Part shown: piece by piece, positions 21,118 to 32,587 of the stretch
Layout: every line of letters begins with the position of its first letter
Numbering within the stretch: the first letter of the stretch is position 1
Origin: an uncultured delta proteobacterium
Lineage (GTDB): Bacteria > Desulfobacterota > Binatia > UBA9968
Reading direction: 5' to 3'
Assembly: GCA_963804165.1 (NCBI GenBank)
Contig: CAWDPO010000019.1
Coordinates: 32,001 to 96,000 of the forward strand
DNA length: 64,000 nt
Notes under the pieces: generated by a model
The model's database searches: none
What the model was told of the DNA's origin: nothing
Seen by the model: the letters and a program-made list of their open reading frames with translations, nothing else
Made by a program: the position numbers and the translations under genes

Positions 21118-22197
21118 CTAGCGCAGCTGCCCGCTGCCGGGAATATGCACGAACGCGCTCATCTCGTGAGCGAACGTGACCGGCGCGGCCTTGCAGACGT
21201 AGCTCGAGGTAATCTGATCGACGCGAGTGACTCCCATGAGCGCCATGTCGATAGTGATCTCTTCTTCGAGCAGCTCGAGAACCTTCACCAGTCCAGCTTG
21301 ACCGCCCGCACCCAAACCCCAGCCTTGCAACTTGCCGATGGTGACGGCGTTTGCGCCAAGTGCCAAAGCCTTCACGACGTCGGTGCCGCGCGTCACTCCG
21401 CCATCGAGAACGATTGGAACTTTGCCGTTCACCGCCGCAGCGATTTCTGGCAGCGTGTCGATGGTGCCGAGGCCATGGTCGAGCTGGCGGCCGCCGTGGT
21501 TGGAAATGTAGATCACGTCGACACCATGATCGACGGCGAGCTTAGCGTCCTCCACGGTAGCGATGCCTTTGATGATCAGCGGCATGCCTGCGATTTTTTT
21601 GATCTCCTTTGCCATTTCCCAGGTGAGCATCGCTTGATAGATGCGCCCGGATTCCCGGTGCCGGCTTGGCGGCTGCCAGCGGTTGAGCAGCGGCCGCTCG
21701 CGCCGGCTGTAGTGCGCCGTGTCGACGGTGAGGCAGAGCGCGATGTATCCGGCCTTCTTCACCCGACCGACGATCTCGGCACACCAGTCGAGACCGCCGC
21801 GAATGTAGAGTTGAAAAATTTTCGGATGGTCGGTGGAAGCGGCGACCTCTTCGAGGGCCGGCTGAGTGACCGAGCTGAGGAAGTTCATGGTGCCGAACTC
21901 GGCGGCGGCTTTCGCCACGGCGACGCCTCCCTCCGGTGTAATCGTTTGCAGAGAACCAATGGGCGCCATCATCACTGGGATACGCAGTTTCTGTCCGAGG
22001 AAGGTTGTCGACGTGTCAACCTTGGAAACGTCCACTAGCACTCGCGGCCGCAACCCGAGGCAATCGAACCCCAGGCGGTTGCGCCGCATAGTCGTTTCCG
22101 ACTCCGCACCACCGGTAAGATAATCCCACACATCCTGCGGCAGATTGCGCCGCGCCGCCTGAATGATTTCTTGATTGCTGACATAATCGAGGCTCAT
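21118..22197 (-). CDS. FMN-dependent alpha-hydroxy acid oxidase/dehydrogenase
   Basis: LRPRVL, LTVDT, KGI, SNHGGRQLD, DGGVTRGTDVVKALALGA. Confidence 0.92.
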   Translation of the reverse strand: MSLDYVSNQEIIQAARRNLPQDVWDYLTGGAESETTMRRNRLGFDCLGLRPRVLVDVSKVDTSTTFLGQKLRIPVMMAPIGSLQTITPEGGVAVAKAAAEFGTMNFLSSVTQPALEEVAASTDHPKIFQLYIRGGLDWCAEIVGRVKKAGYIALCLTVDTAHYSRRERPLLNRWQPPSRHRESGRIYQAMLTWEMAKEIKKIAGMPLIIKGIATVEDAKLAVDHGVDVIYISNHGGRQLDHGLGTIDTLPEIAAAVNGKVPIVLDGGVTRGTDVVKALALGANAVTIGKLQGWGLGAGGQAGLVKVLELLEEEITIDMALMGVTRVDQITSSYVCKAAPVTFAHEMSAFVHIPGSGQLR

Positions 22198-22280
22198 GGA
22201 TTCTTCTCCTTCAATAAATCTTGATTGCATTGCACACTATCGAACCGCGCAACAAACTGTCAAACAAATCGGCCTCAACA

Positions 22281-22313
22281 GAAAAGGGGGAGGCAGTGTG
22301 CCTCCCCCTTTTC
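22281..22313. terminator. Intrinsic terminator downstream of ilvD
   Basis: GAAAAGGGGGAGGCA-GTG-TGCCTCCCCCTTTTC perfect stem with A/T tracts. Confidence 0.8.
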
Positions 22314-22316
22314 CGA

Positions 22317-22346
22317 CCTTGAACTTTGAACCCTTGAACCTTGAAC
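22317..22346. repeat. Short 7-nt (C/T)TTGAAC tandem repeats
   Basis: ccttgaactttgaacccttgaaccttgaac; same unit at 54517-54604 and 55642-55672. Confidence 0.75.
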
Positions 22347-22355
22347 GAGCTATGC

Positions 22356-24029
22356 CTACCGCGTCACCGCGCCCTCGGACGCAGACGACACGAGTTTGGC
22401 GTACTTGGCCATGACACCGGTTTTGTAGCGCGGTACGGGCGCCGTCCACTGGCTGAGCCGTGACTTCATCTCTTGATCGGAAATTTCGACATCCAAGCGC
22501 CGCGCTTTGATGTCAAAAACAATCGTGTCGCCGTCGCGCAACGCGGCGATCGGTCCGCCGTGAGCTGCTTCGGGTGCCACATGACCGGCCATCAAACCAT
22601 GGGTTGCACCTGAGAAACGTCCGTCAGTAAGAAGGGCAACGGAATCGCCTAACCCCGCGCCAACCAGCGCGGCGGTAACACCGAGCATCTCACGCATTCC
22701 TGGTCCGCCCTTCGGTCCTTCGTAGCGAATTACGACGACATCATTGTCTTTGATCTGACCTGCCTGCACCGCTTTGAAAGCATCTTCTTCGCGCTCGAAA
22801 ACCCGCGCCGGACCTTTGTGAATCATGCGCTCATGCCCGGCGACTTTGACGACGCAGCCTTCCGGCGCCAGATTACCTTTGAGAATAACCAAGCCGCCGG
22901 TTGATTTTAGCGGGTTCGTCATCGCCCGCACCACTTCTTGCCCGGGAGTTTCCTTGGTCATTTGCGCTGCTTCAGCGATCGTCTTACCCAACACCGTGAT
23001 CGTATCGCCGTGAATCAGTCCGGCCTCGATCAAGCGCTTGGCAACGAGCTGAATGCCGCCGGCTTGGTATAAATCATTGGCGACAAACCGCCCGCCCGGT
23101 TTGAGATCGGCGATCAGCGGCGTGCGCTCGCTGATCCGGTCGAAATCGTCGATCGTCAATTCGACACCCGTTTCGCGCGCAATCGCGAGCAAATGCAACA
23201 CTGCGTTGGTCGAGCCGCCGGTAGCGGCCACCGATGCAATGGCGTTTTCAATCGCTTTACGCGTAAGGATCTGCGACGGCCGCAAATCGGCATTGAGTAA
23301 ATCCATGACCAACTTGCCGGCGTTGAACGCAGCTTCGTCTTTTTCCCCGATGGTCGCGGGAATGCCGTTGCTGCCCATCGGCGAGATGCCGAGAAATTCC
23401 ATTACCGTCGACATGGTGTTGGCGGTAAATTGCCCGCCGCAAGCGCCGGCGCCGGGGCACGCGGCATTTTCCACAGCGAGAAATTGTTCGGCGTCGATCC
23501 GTTTGCTGGCATAAGCGCCCACGGCTTCGAACACGTCTTGAATGGTCAAATCTTTGTCACCCAAGTGGCCCGGAGCGATCGAACCGCCGTAGAGCGCAAG
23601 TCCCGGAATATCAAGGCGAGCTAAAGCCATCACCACGCCGGGGTTGGTCTTGTCGCAACCGGACAGACAAACGAGCGCGTCGAAATGATTGCCGCGCGCC
23701 ACGAGTTCGATCGAATCGGCGATCACCTCGCGGCTGATCAGGGAGCATTTCATGCCTTCCGCGCCCATGCTGATGCCGTCTGAGATCGACACCGTGTTGA
23801 ACTCCATCGGCGTTCCGCCGGCGGCGCGAATACCCTCTTTCACTTTCGCCGCCAGCCGCCGTAAATGATAATTGCACGGCCCGATCTCGATCCAGGTGTT
23901 GGCCACGCCGACGATCGGCCGGCGCAAGTCTTCATCGCTAAAACCCACCGCTTTGAACATCGCCCGCGTCGGCGCGCGATCCGGTCCATCCGTGATCACC
24001 CCGCTACGGGGTTTCATATTTTCGGCCAT
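22356..24029 (-). CDS. ilvD: Dihydroxy-acid dehydratase
   Basis: [51 protein letters not shown]. Confidence 0.95.
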   Translation of the reverse strand: MAENMKPRSGVITDGPDRAPTRAMFKAVGFSDEDLRRPIVGVANTWIEIGPCNYHLRRLAAKVKEGIRAAGGTPMEFNTVSISDGISMGAEGMKCSLISREVIADSIELVARGNHFDALVCLSGCDKTNPGVVMALARLDIPGLALYGGSIAPGHLGDKDLTIQDVFEAVGAYASKRIDAEQFLAVENAACPGAGACGGQFTANTMSTVMEFLGISPMGSNGIPATIGEKDEAAFNAGKLVMDLLNADLRPSQILTRKAIENAIASVAATGGSTNAVLHLLAIARETGVELTIDDFDRISERTPLIADLKPGGRFVANDLYQAGGIQLVAKRLIEAGLIHGDTITVLGKTIAEAAQMTKETPGQEVVRAMTNPLKSTGGLVILKGNLAPEGCVVKVAGHERMIHKGPARVFEREEDAFKAVQAGQIKDNDVVVIRYEGPKGGPGMREMLGVTAALVGAGLGDSVALLTDGRFSGATHGLMAGHVAPEAAHGGPIAALRDGDTIVFDIKARRLDVEISDQEMKSRLSQWTAPVPRYKTGVMAKYAKLVSSASEGAVTR

Positions 24030-24187
24030 ATGTCGCTCCTGGTTAAACTGATGACGAGGCTTTCAATTAACTATGCCGTCCGCGGATTTGCAAGCCACAG
24101 ATTCTCTCAATCAACATCTCTACCAGGCCGATCTCCGACACAAAGTTCGCAGGTACTCTTGAAGCCCCCGGCGCCAAACCCTATCGT

Positions 24188-24805
24188 ATGAATAGTATGA
24201 ATCTTAAGAGGCTTCGATTTAGGATGTATCCGGCGGCGGTGATCGTAAGCTTGGCGATTTCAAGCGCGCTCGCGGTGCAAGTATCCAGAGAGCAAGGCGA
24301 TAGTCTTCAACGGAAGTTTGACGAAATTGCCAAGAATGCTTCCAGCGATCCCGTCCGGCCGAAACGAACGCCGATGTCAGAGCTCGAAGTAGCGTCGTAC
24401 CTCGCATTCAATGCCAAAGATAAAATTCCTCGAGGCCTGACCAATCCCCAGATCTCGATGCTCGGCAACGGTAATCTCGCTGGCCGGGTCTATGTCGATA
24501 TGGATGAATTCAAACGCCAGCGCGGCTCCGGTGGACTCATGGACCCGTTAAGTTACGTCTCAGGTCGAGTGCCGCTAACGGCGCGTGGCGTCCTGCGCAC
24601 GCGCGACGGCAAAGGACAGTTTCAGCTGGCCTCCGCCGAGATTCTCGGCGTGCCCTTGCCAAAGCCGATATTGCAGGAGCTTGTGAGTTTCTTCTCGCGC
24701 ACTCCTGACCGTCCGCGCGGATTTAACATGGACGAGCCGTTTGACCTCCCGGCGAAGATTCGTGAGGTCGCGGTCAATCAGGGAGAGGCGGTCATCGCGC
24801 AGTAG
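24188..24805 (+). CDS. Exported hypothetical protein (possibly LmeA/DUF2993-like lipid-binding fold)
   Basis: Signal peptide and beta-rich body; fold assignment is a guess. Confidence 0.6.
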   Translation: MNSMNLKRLRFRMYPAAVIVSLAISSALAVQVSREQGDSLQRKFDEIAKNASSDPVRPKRTPMSELEVASYLAFNAKDKIPRGLTNPQISMLGNGNLAGRVYVDMDEFKRQRGSGGLMDPLSYVSGRVPLTARGVLRTRDGKGQFQLASAEILGVPLPKPILQELVSFFSRTPDRPRGFNMDEPFDLPAKIREVAVNQGEAVIAQ

Positions 24806-24910
24806 CACCGCTGGCGGCGTCCGGGCGGTCTAATCGGAAGAAAGCCGCGGCATGATCGATGGTTTTACTTTTGCACACGCGCTGGCAAGGCGAGCCAGGG
24901 ACGCAGCAGA

Positions 24911-25001
24911 TTATTTTTTGTAGAGCCTATCGATAAAAGCCGCTTTGATCGAGCTCTTTCAATAACGCCAGGTTCACGAATTCTTCGGCTTTGGCGCCCT
25001 T
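24911..25001 (-). pseudogene. 3' remnant of an SsuA/THI5-like substrate-binding protein gene
   Basis: Translates KGAKAEEFVNLALLKELDQSGF/IDRLYKK* (one extra T), resembling the C-terminus KSEDFIDMRFLKELDNEGFFKQFQKK of 25843..26844. Confidence 0.7.
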
Positions 25002-25257
25002 TTAGTTCAATGATTTTTTCCTCGCGATTCGTTATTAGGCTATTCCTATATTTGTCGAAGCCTATGCGAGCGTGTCAACGCAATCACTGCGCCAGTCCGC
25101 GGTTAATCGCAACCAGTGGAAACCCCGATTCTTTCAAACCGAGGGAATCATTTTGCCGCGCGCCGCTGCTCATCCATTAGACAGAGCTGCTATAATTCAG
25201 GCATCTTAAAATTTGCGCCCTAGTGAGAGAATCGCGAGGCGGCGCGGGAGAAAGAGA

Positions 25258-25686
25258 ATGCGGGAAATTGACTATCAGTACGGCAATGACTTAAATCTCG
25301 ATCAAGTGATCGAGTTATACAACGCATCCACTCTAGGCGAGCGGCGGCCCGTCGACGATCGACGCATCATGACGGACATGCTGCGCCACGCCAATCTCGT
25401 GGTCACGGCGTGGGATGGAGATTTATTAGTCGGCCTCGCGCGCACGCTGAGCGACTTTTCCTACGTCGGCTATCTAGCCGATCTTGCCGTGCGCTTGTCG
25501 CATCAACGCCAAGGCATCGGCGTCGAACTCATCCGGCAGACCCGTGAAAAGATGGGCCCGCGTTCCATGCTGGTGCTGCTGTCCGCGCCGAAAGCCGTCG
25601 AGTACTATCCCAAGATTGGCTTTACCCGGCATGATAGTGCCTGGACCTTGCGCGCCGCTGAGCCTTTGCCGACTTCCCGCCGCTGA
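25258..25686 (+). CDS. GNAT N-acetyltransferase
   Basis: LVGLAR, YLADLAV, QRQGIG, YYPKIGF. Confidence 0.88.
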   Translation: MREIDYQYGNDLNLDQVIELYNASTLGERRPVDDRRIMTDMLRHANLVVTAWDGDLLVGLARTLSDFSYVGYLADLAVRLSHQRQGIGVELIRQTREKMGPRSMLVLLSAPKAVEYYPKIGFTRHDSAWTLRAAEPLPTSRR

Positions 25687-25842
25687 CAGTCCCATCAACT
25701 TTTTAGCCGATTTTAAGGAGCATGTTATGTGCGCACGAATAGCGACCCTCTGAGCCGGTTGCGACCAACGGCCTTGAGCTGGCATCTAAAGCGTGGCATT
25801 GCTGGTCCGGCGGGCGAATCAAAAACAAGAATTGGAGACAAC

Positions 25843-26844
25843 GTGGTTAAACCTCATCACCTTTTCTTTCGTTCTCTAACACTGCTCTTGCTGGCGCTCA
25901 CTTACCCGTTCGCCGCCTATGCCAATGCCCCGATCATGGCAGGAGTCGCCGGACCGGGCGTCAACTTGATCTATGCGTACCTCGCTCAGGACGCGGGAAT
26001 GTGGAAAAAACACGGGCTTGACGCGCGCGTGGTTCTGTTTGAATCCGGTTCGACGCTTGCCCAGGTTGCGCGAACAGGCGAGGTCAAGTTTGCCATCAAT
26101 TCCGGGCCGGCGACGATCGCCGCACGCACCCAGGGCGCGGACGCCGTGATTGTCGCTGCCGTCGTCAATACCCTTCCTTACAGTTTGGTCGCCGCGAAGG
26201 GAATCACCAAATGGTCCGATCTGAAGGGAAAGAAAATCGGCATCAGCCGCTTTGGGTCAGGAACCGACACCGCCATTCGTCTGGTGTGCAAAAAATTCGG
26301 CCTCGACCCCACTAAAGACATCATCATCTTGCAAGGTGGCACTCAGCCGAGCCGCTTGCAGGCTTTGGCAGCGGGCGCCCTGGACGCCACGTTGGTATCC
26401 CCGCCCTTGGATTTGACCGCGAAGAAGCAGGGCTTCTCCGTATTGGTAAACGTCGCGGAGCTGGGTATTCCCTATCCCCAGCTCGTGATCGAAACCACCG
26501 ACCGTTTCAACCGGGAAAATCCGCAAACCGTCAAGAGCTTCTTGAAAGGATTCATCGAAGGCGTGCACTACGCCGCCACACACAAAGAGGAGACCAAAAA
26601 GATCATCACCAAGTATCTGAAGACCGCCGACCCCGAGATTCTTGAAGCGACTTATCAGAGTTTTCTCCAGGTGACCGATTACAGCGCCAACCCAAATCTC
26701 GAAGGCATTCGCAACGCCATCGACGAAGTGGCGCAACGGGTCCCGGCGGCGAAGAACAAGAAATCCGAGGACTTCATCGATATGCGGTTTCTCAAGGAGC
26801 TCGACAACGAGGGTTTCTTCAAACAATTTCAAAAAAAGATCTAA
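25843..26844 (+). CDS. ABC-type substrate-binding protein, SsuA/THI5(NMT1) family
   Basis: Signal peptide, KKHGLD, DLKGKKIGISRFGSGT, RLQALAAG; GTG start after GGAGA. Confidence 0.88.
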   Translation: MVKPHHLFFRSLTLLLLALTYPFAAYANAPIMAGVAGPGVNLIYAYLAQDAGMWKKHGLDARVVLFESGSTLAQVARTGEVKFAINSGPATIAARTQGADAVIVAAVVNTLPYSLVAAKGITKWSDLKGKKIGISRFGSGTDTAIRLVCKKFGLDPTKDIIILQGGTQPSRLQALAAGALDATLVSPPLDLTAKKQGFSVLVNVAELGIPYPQLVIETTDRFNRENPQTVKSFLKGFIEGVHYAATHKEETKKIITKYLKTADPEILEATYQSFLQVTDYSANPNLEGIRNAIDEVAQRVPAAKNKKSEDFIDMRFLKELDNEGFFKQFQKKI

Positions 26845-26856
26845 AAGCGGAGCGCT

Positions 26857-27738
26857 ATGAATACGCTGCGCTTTAAGCAGGTCGACGTCTTCACGCGAAA
26901 GCCTTTCTCAGGAAATCCAGTCGCAGTCGTCTTGGACGCGGATAAGCTTGACGCCGACGAAATGCAGCGAATTGCTGCATGGACAAATCTTTCCGAGACG
27001 ACCTTTGTTCTACCGCCTTCCTCGGCCGTTGCGGATTACAGGTTAAGAATTTTCACTCCGAAACAGGAGTTGCCCTTCGCCGGACATCCGACCATTGGCA
27101 GCGCACACGCCGTGCTCGAATGTGGTGTCGTCGCTGCGCCCAACGGAAGGCTTCGCCAAGAATGCCTCGCCGGCGTCATCGAAATTCAAATTGAAAAAGA
27201 CTCCGGTTGGTGACCGGCACCTTTATCCGAACGCGCCGAAAGCTAAAATCAGCGCTCTTGAGCCAAGGTCAAATGCACCGGCTAACTGGCAGCATTGGGC
27301 GTGTCAGGAGACGCTTCGCGCCCGCCGCTGCGTGTCGATGTCGGCGTGGTCTGGCTGATCACGGACCTCGGCAATGCGGGTATCGTCGACGGGCTGAATC
27401 CCGATTTACAAAGCGTGTTAGACATGAGCGGCGAGACTCGCGCCGCCGGCGTTACGGTTTTCGGTTTGGCGGATGATGATCGAGCGCGCTTGCATGTGCG
27501 CTCATTCGCGCCCGCCCTCGGAGTTCCCGAAGATCCTGTTTGCGGCAGCGGCAACGCCAGCGTCGCCGCATATCTAATTCACAACGGATTGATAAGCGAA
27601 ATTGGCACCGACTACACGGCCCGGCAAGGCATGAACGTCGGTCGTGACGGTTTGGTGACGGTAAAGGTCGATGGCGGCGAGATCAGCATCGGCGGCTATG
27701 CGGTGACCTGTATCGACGGCTCGTTATGCATCGCGTGA
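26857..27738 (+). CDS. PhzF-family epimerase/isomerase, two apparent frameshifts (~27208, ~27285)
   Basis: QVDVF..GNP, NLSETTF, ELPFAGHPT in first ORF; EDPVCGSGN and QG..GR in last ORF. Confidence 0.85.
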
Positions 27739-27882
27739 TGTCGGCCTGGAGTTGGATTTGATCCTCTTCCACGATGGCAGGGGAAATTCCTTGACCTTGT
27801 TCGGTTTCTCGACGAACATCCGAAGGCCGGTTACGACAAAGAGACTAGCCAACAGCCCATACGAAATTAAATCCGATACCAT
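27724..27882 (-). CDS. Unannotated 52-aa single-TM small protein
   Basis: RBS GGGAGG then MVSDLISYGLLASLFVVTGLRMFVEKPNKVKEFPLPSWKRIKSNSRPTSRDA*; below ORF-track cutoff. Confidence 0.5.
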   Translation of the reverse strand: MVSDLISYGLLASLFVVTGLRMFVEKPNKVKEFPLPSWKRIKSNSRPTSRDA

Positions 27883-28152
27883 CGTTCCTCCCATTTATTC
27901 AAGCGGGTCTAGTGAACCGGTGTGTTTTCAAAGATAATCTAAACGCAAAACGCGAGCCATAAGCAGTTTTTCCGGCGACACAGCTAAGTAGTTGAATCTA
28001 GAATAATCTTGTTATTCTATTCGAATCCTCACAGAATACTTTTGCAATCATTTTAGACATTTGTGCTCAATCGCGTAAGCGACGGCGCGAACATTCAGCA
28101 GCAGGACAAAGGATCGCGGGTGTCGTTCCTCATTATCATGCGCAGCTTTTTC

Positions 28153-28271
28153 CGCTGACACTACCCGTCATCCCTACGCCGTAAGGCTGAGTGACATTGG
28201 GAGGCATTGGCGCGAGCTTCTTCGGGGAAGAGAAGGTGCTGCCGGCACCGAACTGAGAGCAAGTGTCGGCG
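28153..28271 (+). ncRNA. Candidate structured RNA, family unassigned
   Basis: Closing stem CGCTGACACT/AGTGTCGGCG with a G-U pair; internal hairpins GCC-GTAA-GGC, CTTCT-TCGG-GGAAG, GGTGCT-GCC-GGCACC. Confidence 0.4.
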
Positions 28272-28393
28272 CGCACAAAAAAACGGGCTATCGTGAAGTT
28301 TGCTGCGCGGTACTGCGCAGCGTATTTGCGGTTAGAGGCTTTCGCCGGGTCGTTATCTCGGGCGCAAAGCGAGGATCCGACCGAAAACAATTT

Positions 28394-30363
28394 TCACGTC
28401 AGCGGCGCTTTGATCGTTTCTCTCGCGGCCATCGCTGCGCCGTTGGCGCGCGCCAACCACTCGATGCTGACTACGATAATCGCCAGCACAAGCCCAACGG
28501 CATTGACGGCCCAGGTTAACGCCGCGAAGTTGCCGCTGTGAACGATCGGTATCAGCAAGCCTGCAGCCGCGGCGAAAATAGCACGCGCTTGCCCGCGCCG
28601 ACCGGTCGGAACAAATAGCCCACGACGCCGACCCCAAGCAAGATTGCGCCGATGATCGCCGTAAAAACCGACAGCACGACTTCATACCAATGACCGATGA
28701 GCAAGAGCGACGGCGAGAAAACGAACAGAAACGGCACGACATAGGCGATCATACACAGACGCATCGCGGCCCAGCCGGTCTTGATGGGATCGGTTTTGCC
28801 GATCGAAGCCGCGGCGTAACTCGCCATGCACACCGGCGGCGTCACCATACTGAGCATACCGAAGTAAAAAATAAACAGGTGCGCCGCGATGGGTAAGATG
28901 CCGAGCTTTGCCAGTCCGGGCGCGACCAATACCGCGAGCAGGACGTATACCGCCGTCGTCGGCATCCCCATGCCGAGAATAATACTGACGATCGCGGTGA
29001 GGACCAAAAGCAGCAACGCACTGCTCTGCCCGATGTTGAGCAGCGTCAGCGTGAGCGTGAAACCGAGTCCCGTGAGCTGCAGCACGCCGATCACGACGCC
29101 GGCGAGCCCGGTTATCGCCGCGATCTCCAACATGCCTCGGCCGGAGTTAGTGAGAATTTTCAGCATCTCCGGCTAAGCCTAATTTCACCCCAGGCGTAAG
29201 AAAGCCGACGATCAACGCCGCCAGAGCGGCCAAGAGCCCGGCTTCTTCAGGACGCCGATTTAGAAAAAACATCCATACGATTAACACGGTCAGCGGCACC
29301 ACGAAGCTCGCCGAACGCTTGAGCACCGGCAGCAAACTTGGCACTTCGTTGCGCGGCAAACCGCGGATGCCGTTGCGCGCCGCGAGTAAATCCACCTGAA
29401 TAAACAGCGCGACGTAGTAGAGCACCGCAGGCACAGCCGCCGCCAGCGCCACTTGGGCATACGGCATCTGCAAATACTCCGCGATCAAAAACGCCGCCGC
29501 GCCCATCACCGGCGGCATGATTTGTCCGCCGGTCGATGCCACCGCCTCCACCGCGGCGGCAACGGGCGGCGGATAGCCGGCCTTTTTCATCATGGGAATA
29601 GTAAAAGCGCCGTCGACCACCACGTTAGCGACCGCGCTGCCGCTGATGTTTCCGAACAAGCTCGATGAAACGATGGCGATCTTCGCCTGGCCGCCGCGGA
29701 AACGCCCCATCAAAGCAAGCGAAAAATCGCTCAGAAACTCCGCACCACCGACGACGTAGAGCACTTCCCCGAAAATGACAAAGACCACCACGATGCTCGC
29801 GCCCACTTGCAGCGCCTGGCCGAAGATACCGTTGGCGTCGAGATATAAGTATGTGGCGAGCCGATTGATGGACCAGCCGCGACCGTAAAAATCGCCGGGG
29901 AATAAGTAGGCGAACAAGGCGTAAAAAAGAAAACATGCCGCGATGATGACCAACGGCCAGCCGACCAAGTCGGCGCGAGGCTTCGGCAAGCAGGATAATT
30001 GTTATGCAACCCAGCGCGACCCGTTCCGTCGCGATATCGCCCAGTGAGTTAACGATCGATGGGTAGTAGATAAAAACGTAAAGCCCGATCGCCAAACCGG
30101 CTAGAGCTGCGATCGCGTCGTACCACGGAACGCTATGATCGACCATGACCGGCTTTCGCCGGAATCAGTAAATACGTAGCGCACAGCGCGAGACCGAGAA
30201 ATAGTCCCATGTATTGCTCGTTGAAAACGAGCCAGCCGATATACTGCGGCACGTTGAGCAAAAAAAACATGCCGCTCACGGGAATCGCCATCAGCAGACA
30301 TTGGCCGAGCGTGTTTAGACCCTTGCCGAGATCTCTGGTACGGACGCTCTCTTCGATTTCCAT
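28394..30363 (-). CDS. TRAP transporter fused 4TM/12TM permease, about four apparent frameshifts
   Basis: RGGQAK, SGSAVANV, EAVASTGGQIMPPVMGAAAF, GMGMPTT, TPPV spread over consecutive ORFs. Confidence 0.88.
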
Positions 30364-30441
30364 GAAAGCTAATCCCTCTTTAAATCCCACGTGGCGACTG
30401 CGACGCGCTTGTCGTTCTCCATCTAGCCGCTTGGTCTCACC

Positions 30442-31483
30442 TTAGCTGCAAATCTCCTTGGTTCGAGCGTCGTGTTTCGCGGTCCAGATGCCAACCTGCT
30501 TATAAAATCCCACCGCGCCCGAGTGGTAGGGAACGGTAAAATTCGACAATGGCTTGCGTATCTTTGGTCCAGCGCTTGAACAGCGGGTGAATGGTCTGAA
30601 GCTCCGCCAAGTTGTCCCACCAGGCTTTCAGCAACGTCATGATCGCCTTGTCGCTCACCTTCGCCGAGCTGACCAATTGGAGCGGATAGCCAATCACATA
30701 GGTATCGCCTTTGATGCCGGTGGCCGCGTCGGACTTCACCACCGAAGCGCCATAGCGCCCGAGAATCTTGTTGGCGGCATCGGTGTGCGGCATGCTGAGG
30801 AAACGTATCGGTTCCATCGCATTGGCTTCTTCGACCACGCCGATGCCGACCGCGGTAAACGCAGCGTCGACTTTTCCTTCGGGCACGTTTCTGACGCCGT
30901 CGTTGAGGTTCGACACCCTAACTTGCGACACATCCGCTGGTTTCAAGCCACCCGCTTCCATGACAGCGTTTTGCCACGTCTGGTTGATGGCGTGTCCGCC
31001 GTAATCCCAAGCGACTCTTTTACCTTTGAGATCGCTGATTTGCTTGATGTCCGACCTGTCACGAACGATGAGCCCGGCCGTAAACGGAAAAACGCCGCCC
31101 GAAATCACGCGCACGCTGGGATAGGCGGTTTTGTAGTTGCCCGTTCCGGTCGCCGCCATATGCGAATCGAGAATATTGATGATCCCCATCTCGATCTCGC
31201 CGCCTTCCAGCAGCGGTATCCAGGCGTTGGGACCGTTATAAGGCTGCACTTTCGCCGAGATCGGCGTTGCTTTGCTGGCCACCGCGGCAAGACCTGACGC
31301 GATGGCGTGGGCGCCGGTGCCTGCCGGATTCGTGCCGATCGCCGCGGTGCGCGGCAGTGCGTCGCTTTTATTGGTCGCCGGCCCGCAGTCGAGCTTGGCT
31401 TGTGCGAATGGCGCCTGCGCCGCGAAGAACAATGCGACCGCGGTAAGCGCACTAATTTTCTGGGACGGTTTTTTCTGAACCAT
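30442..31483 (-). CDS. TAXI-family TRAP substrate-binding protein (frameshift near 3' end)
   Basis: GTNPAG, DLKGKRV, IHP; paralogous to the adjacent gene. Confidence 0.85.
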
Positions 31484-31516
31484 TACTCCATCACTCCTTC
31501 ACTCCATATTTCTTCT

Positions 31517-32575
31517 TCAGCTACAGATCTCCTTCGCGCGCGCGTCATGCTTCGCGGTCCAGACTCCCGCCTCTTTATAAAATTTGACCGCGCCCGAATG
31601 ATACGGCACGGTGAAGTTGGTGAGCGCCTGCACGTCCTTCGTCCATTTCTTAAATTGCGGGTGGATCGTGTGCAGTTCGGCGAGATTGTCCCACCAGGCT
31701 TTGAGCAAAGTCGAAACCGTCCGATCGTTGACCTTGGTCGACGACGCCACGTGGAGAGCATAACCGATCACGTCCGTATCTCCTCTGATGCCCGCGGCCG
31801 GATCTTGACGCACGATCGATGCGCCGTATTTAGCGAGAATTTTATTCGATGCCTCGCCGACCGGCAGGCTCAAGAACCGAATCGGCTCCATGGCGTTGGC
31901 TTCCTCATTGATGCCGATCCCGATGGCGGCGAACGTCGCGTCGACTCTGCCCTCGGGCACGGCGCGGATCGCGTCGTTGAGATTGGAAAAACGCACCTGC
32001 ACGACGTCGCTCGGTTTAAGGCCGCTGACTTCCATCGCGGCGCCCTGCCAGGTCTGCGTGATCGCGTGGCCGCCGAAATCCCAGGCCATGCGCTTGCCCT
32101 TTAAATCGCTCGGCCGTCTGATGTCCGATTTATCGCGCACCATGATGCTGCCGGTGAATGGAAAAACCCCGCCCGAAACGATGCGAATCATCGGATACGC
32201 TTTTTTATAGTTACCCGTGCCCGTAGCGGCCATATGGGCATCGAGAATATTGATAAAACCGAACTCGATCTCGCCGCTTTCCATCAGCGGCATCCAGGCG
32301 TTGGGGCCGTTGTAGGGCTGCACTTTCGCCGAGATCGGCGTGACTTTGCTGCCGACGGCGGCCAAGCCGGAAGCCATCGAATGCGCGCCGGTGCCGGGCA
32401 AGTTCGACGCGATTGCCACGGTGCGCGGCAGATCATTGCTCGTGTTGGTTACCGGGCTGCAATCGACTTTGGCTGCCGCGACTCCGCCAAGTTGAGCGTA
32501 AGGCAAAAACAGAAAGGTTAGCGCGAGGACAATTCGTAAGCCGGCGTTTTCTGTTTTCATTTGGGGCGCCTCCAC
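31517..32575 (-). CDS. TAXI-family TRAP substrate-binding protein
   Basis: Signal peptide, DLKGKR, VPYHSGAVKFYKEAG C-terminal TAXI motif. Confidence 0.9.
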   Translation of the reverse strand: MEAPQMKTENAGLRIVLALTFLFLPYAQLGGVAAAKVDCSPVTNTSNDLPRTVAIASNLPGTGAHSMASGLAAVGSKVTPISAKVQPYNGPNAWMPLMESGEIEFGFINILDAHMAATGTGNYKKAYPMIRIVSGGVFPFTGSIMVRDKSDIRRPSDLKGKRMAWDFGGHAITQTWQGAAMEVSGLKPSDVVQVRFSNLNDAIRAVPEGRVDATFAAIGIGINEEANAMEPIRFLSLPVGEASNKILAKYGASIVRQDPAAGIRGDTDVIGYALHVASSTKVNDRTVSTLLKAWWDNLAELHTIHPQFKKWTKDVQALTNFTVPYHSGAVKFYKEAGVWTAKHDARAKEICS

Positions 32576-32587
32576 TTCAGTCCGTTA

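Noticed and set aside
21058-22038. 326-aa + strand ORF
   Set aside because: Antisense shadow of the alpha-hydroxy acid oxidase
28153-28271. Assignment as a glycine, TPP, Moco or c-di-GMP riboswitch
   Set aside because: Only isolated short words match; order and core motifs do not fit, so it is left unassigned
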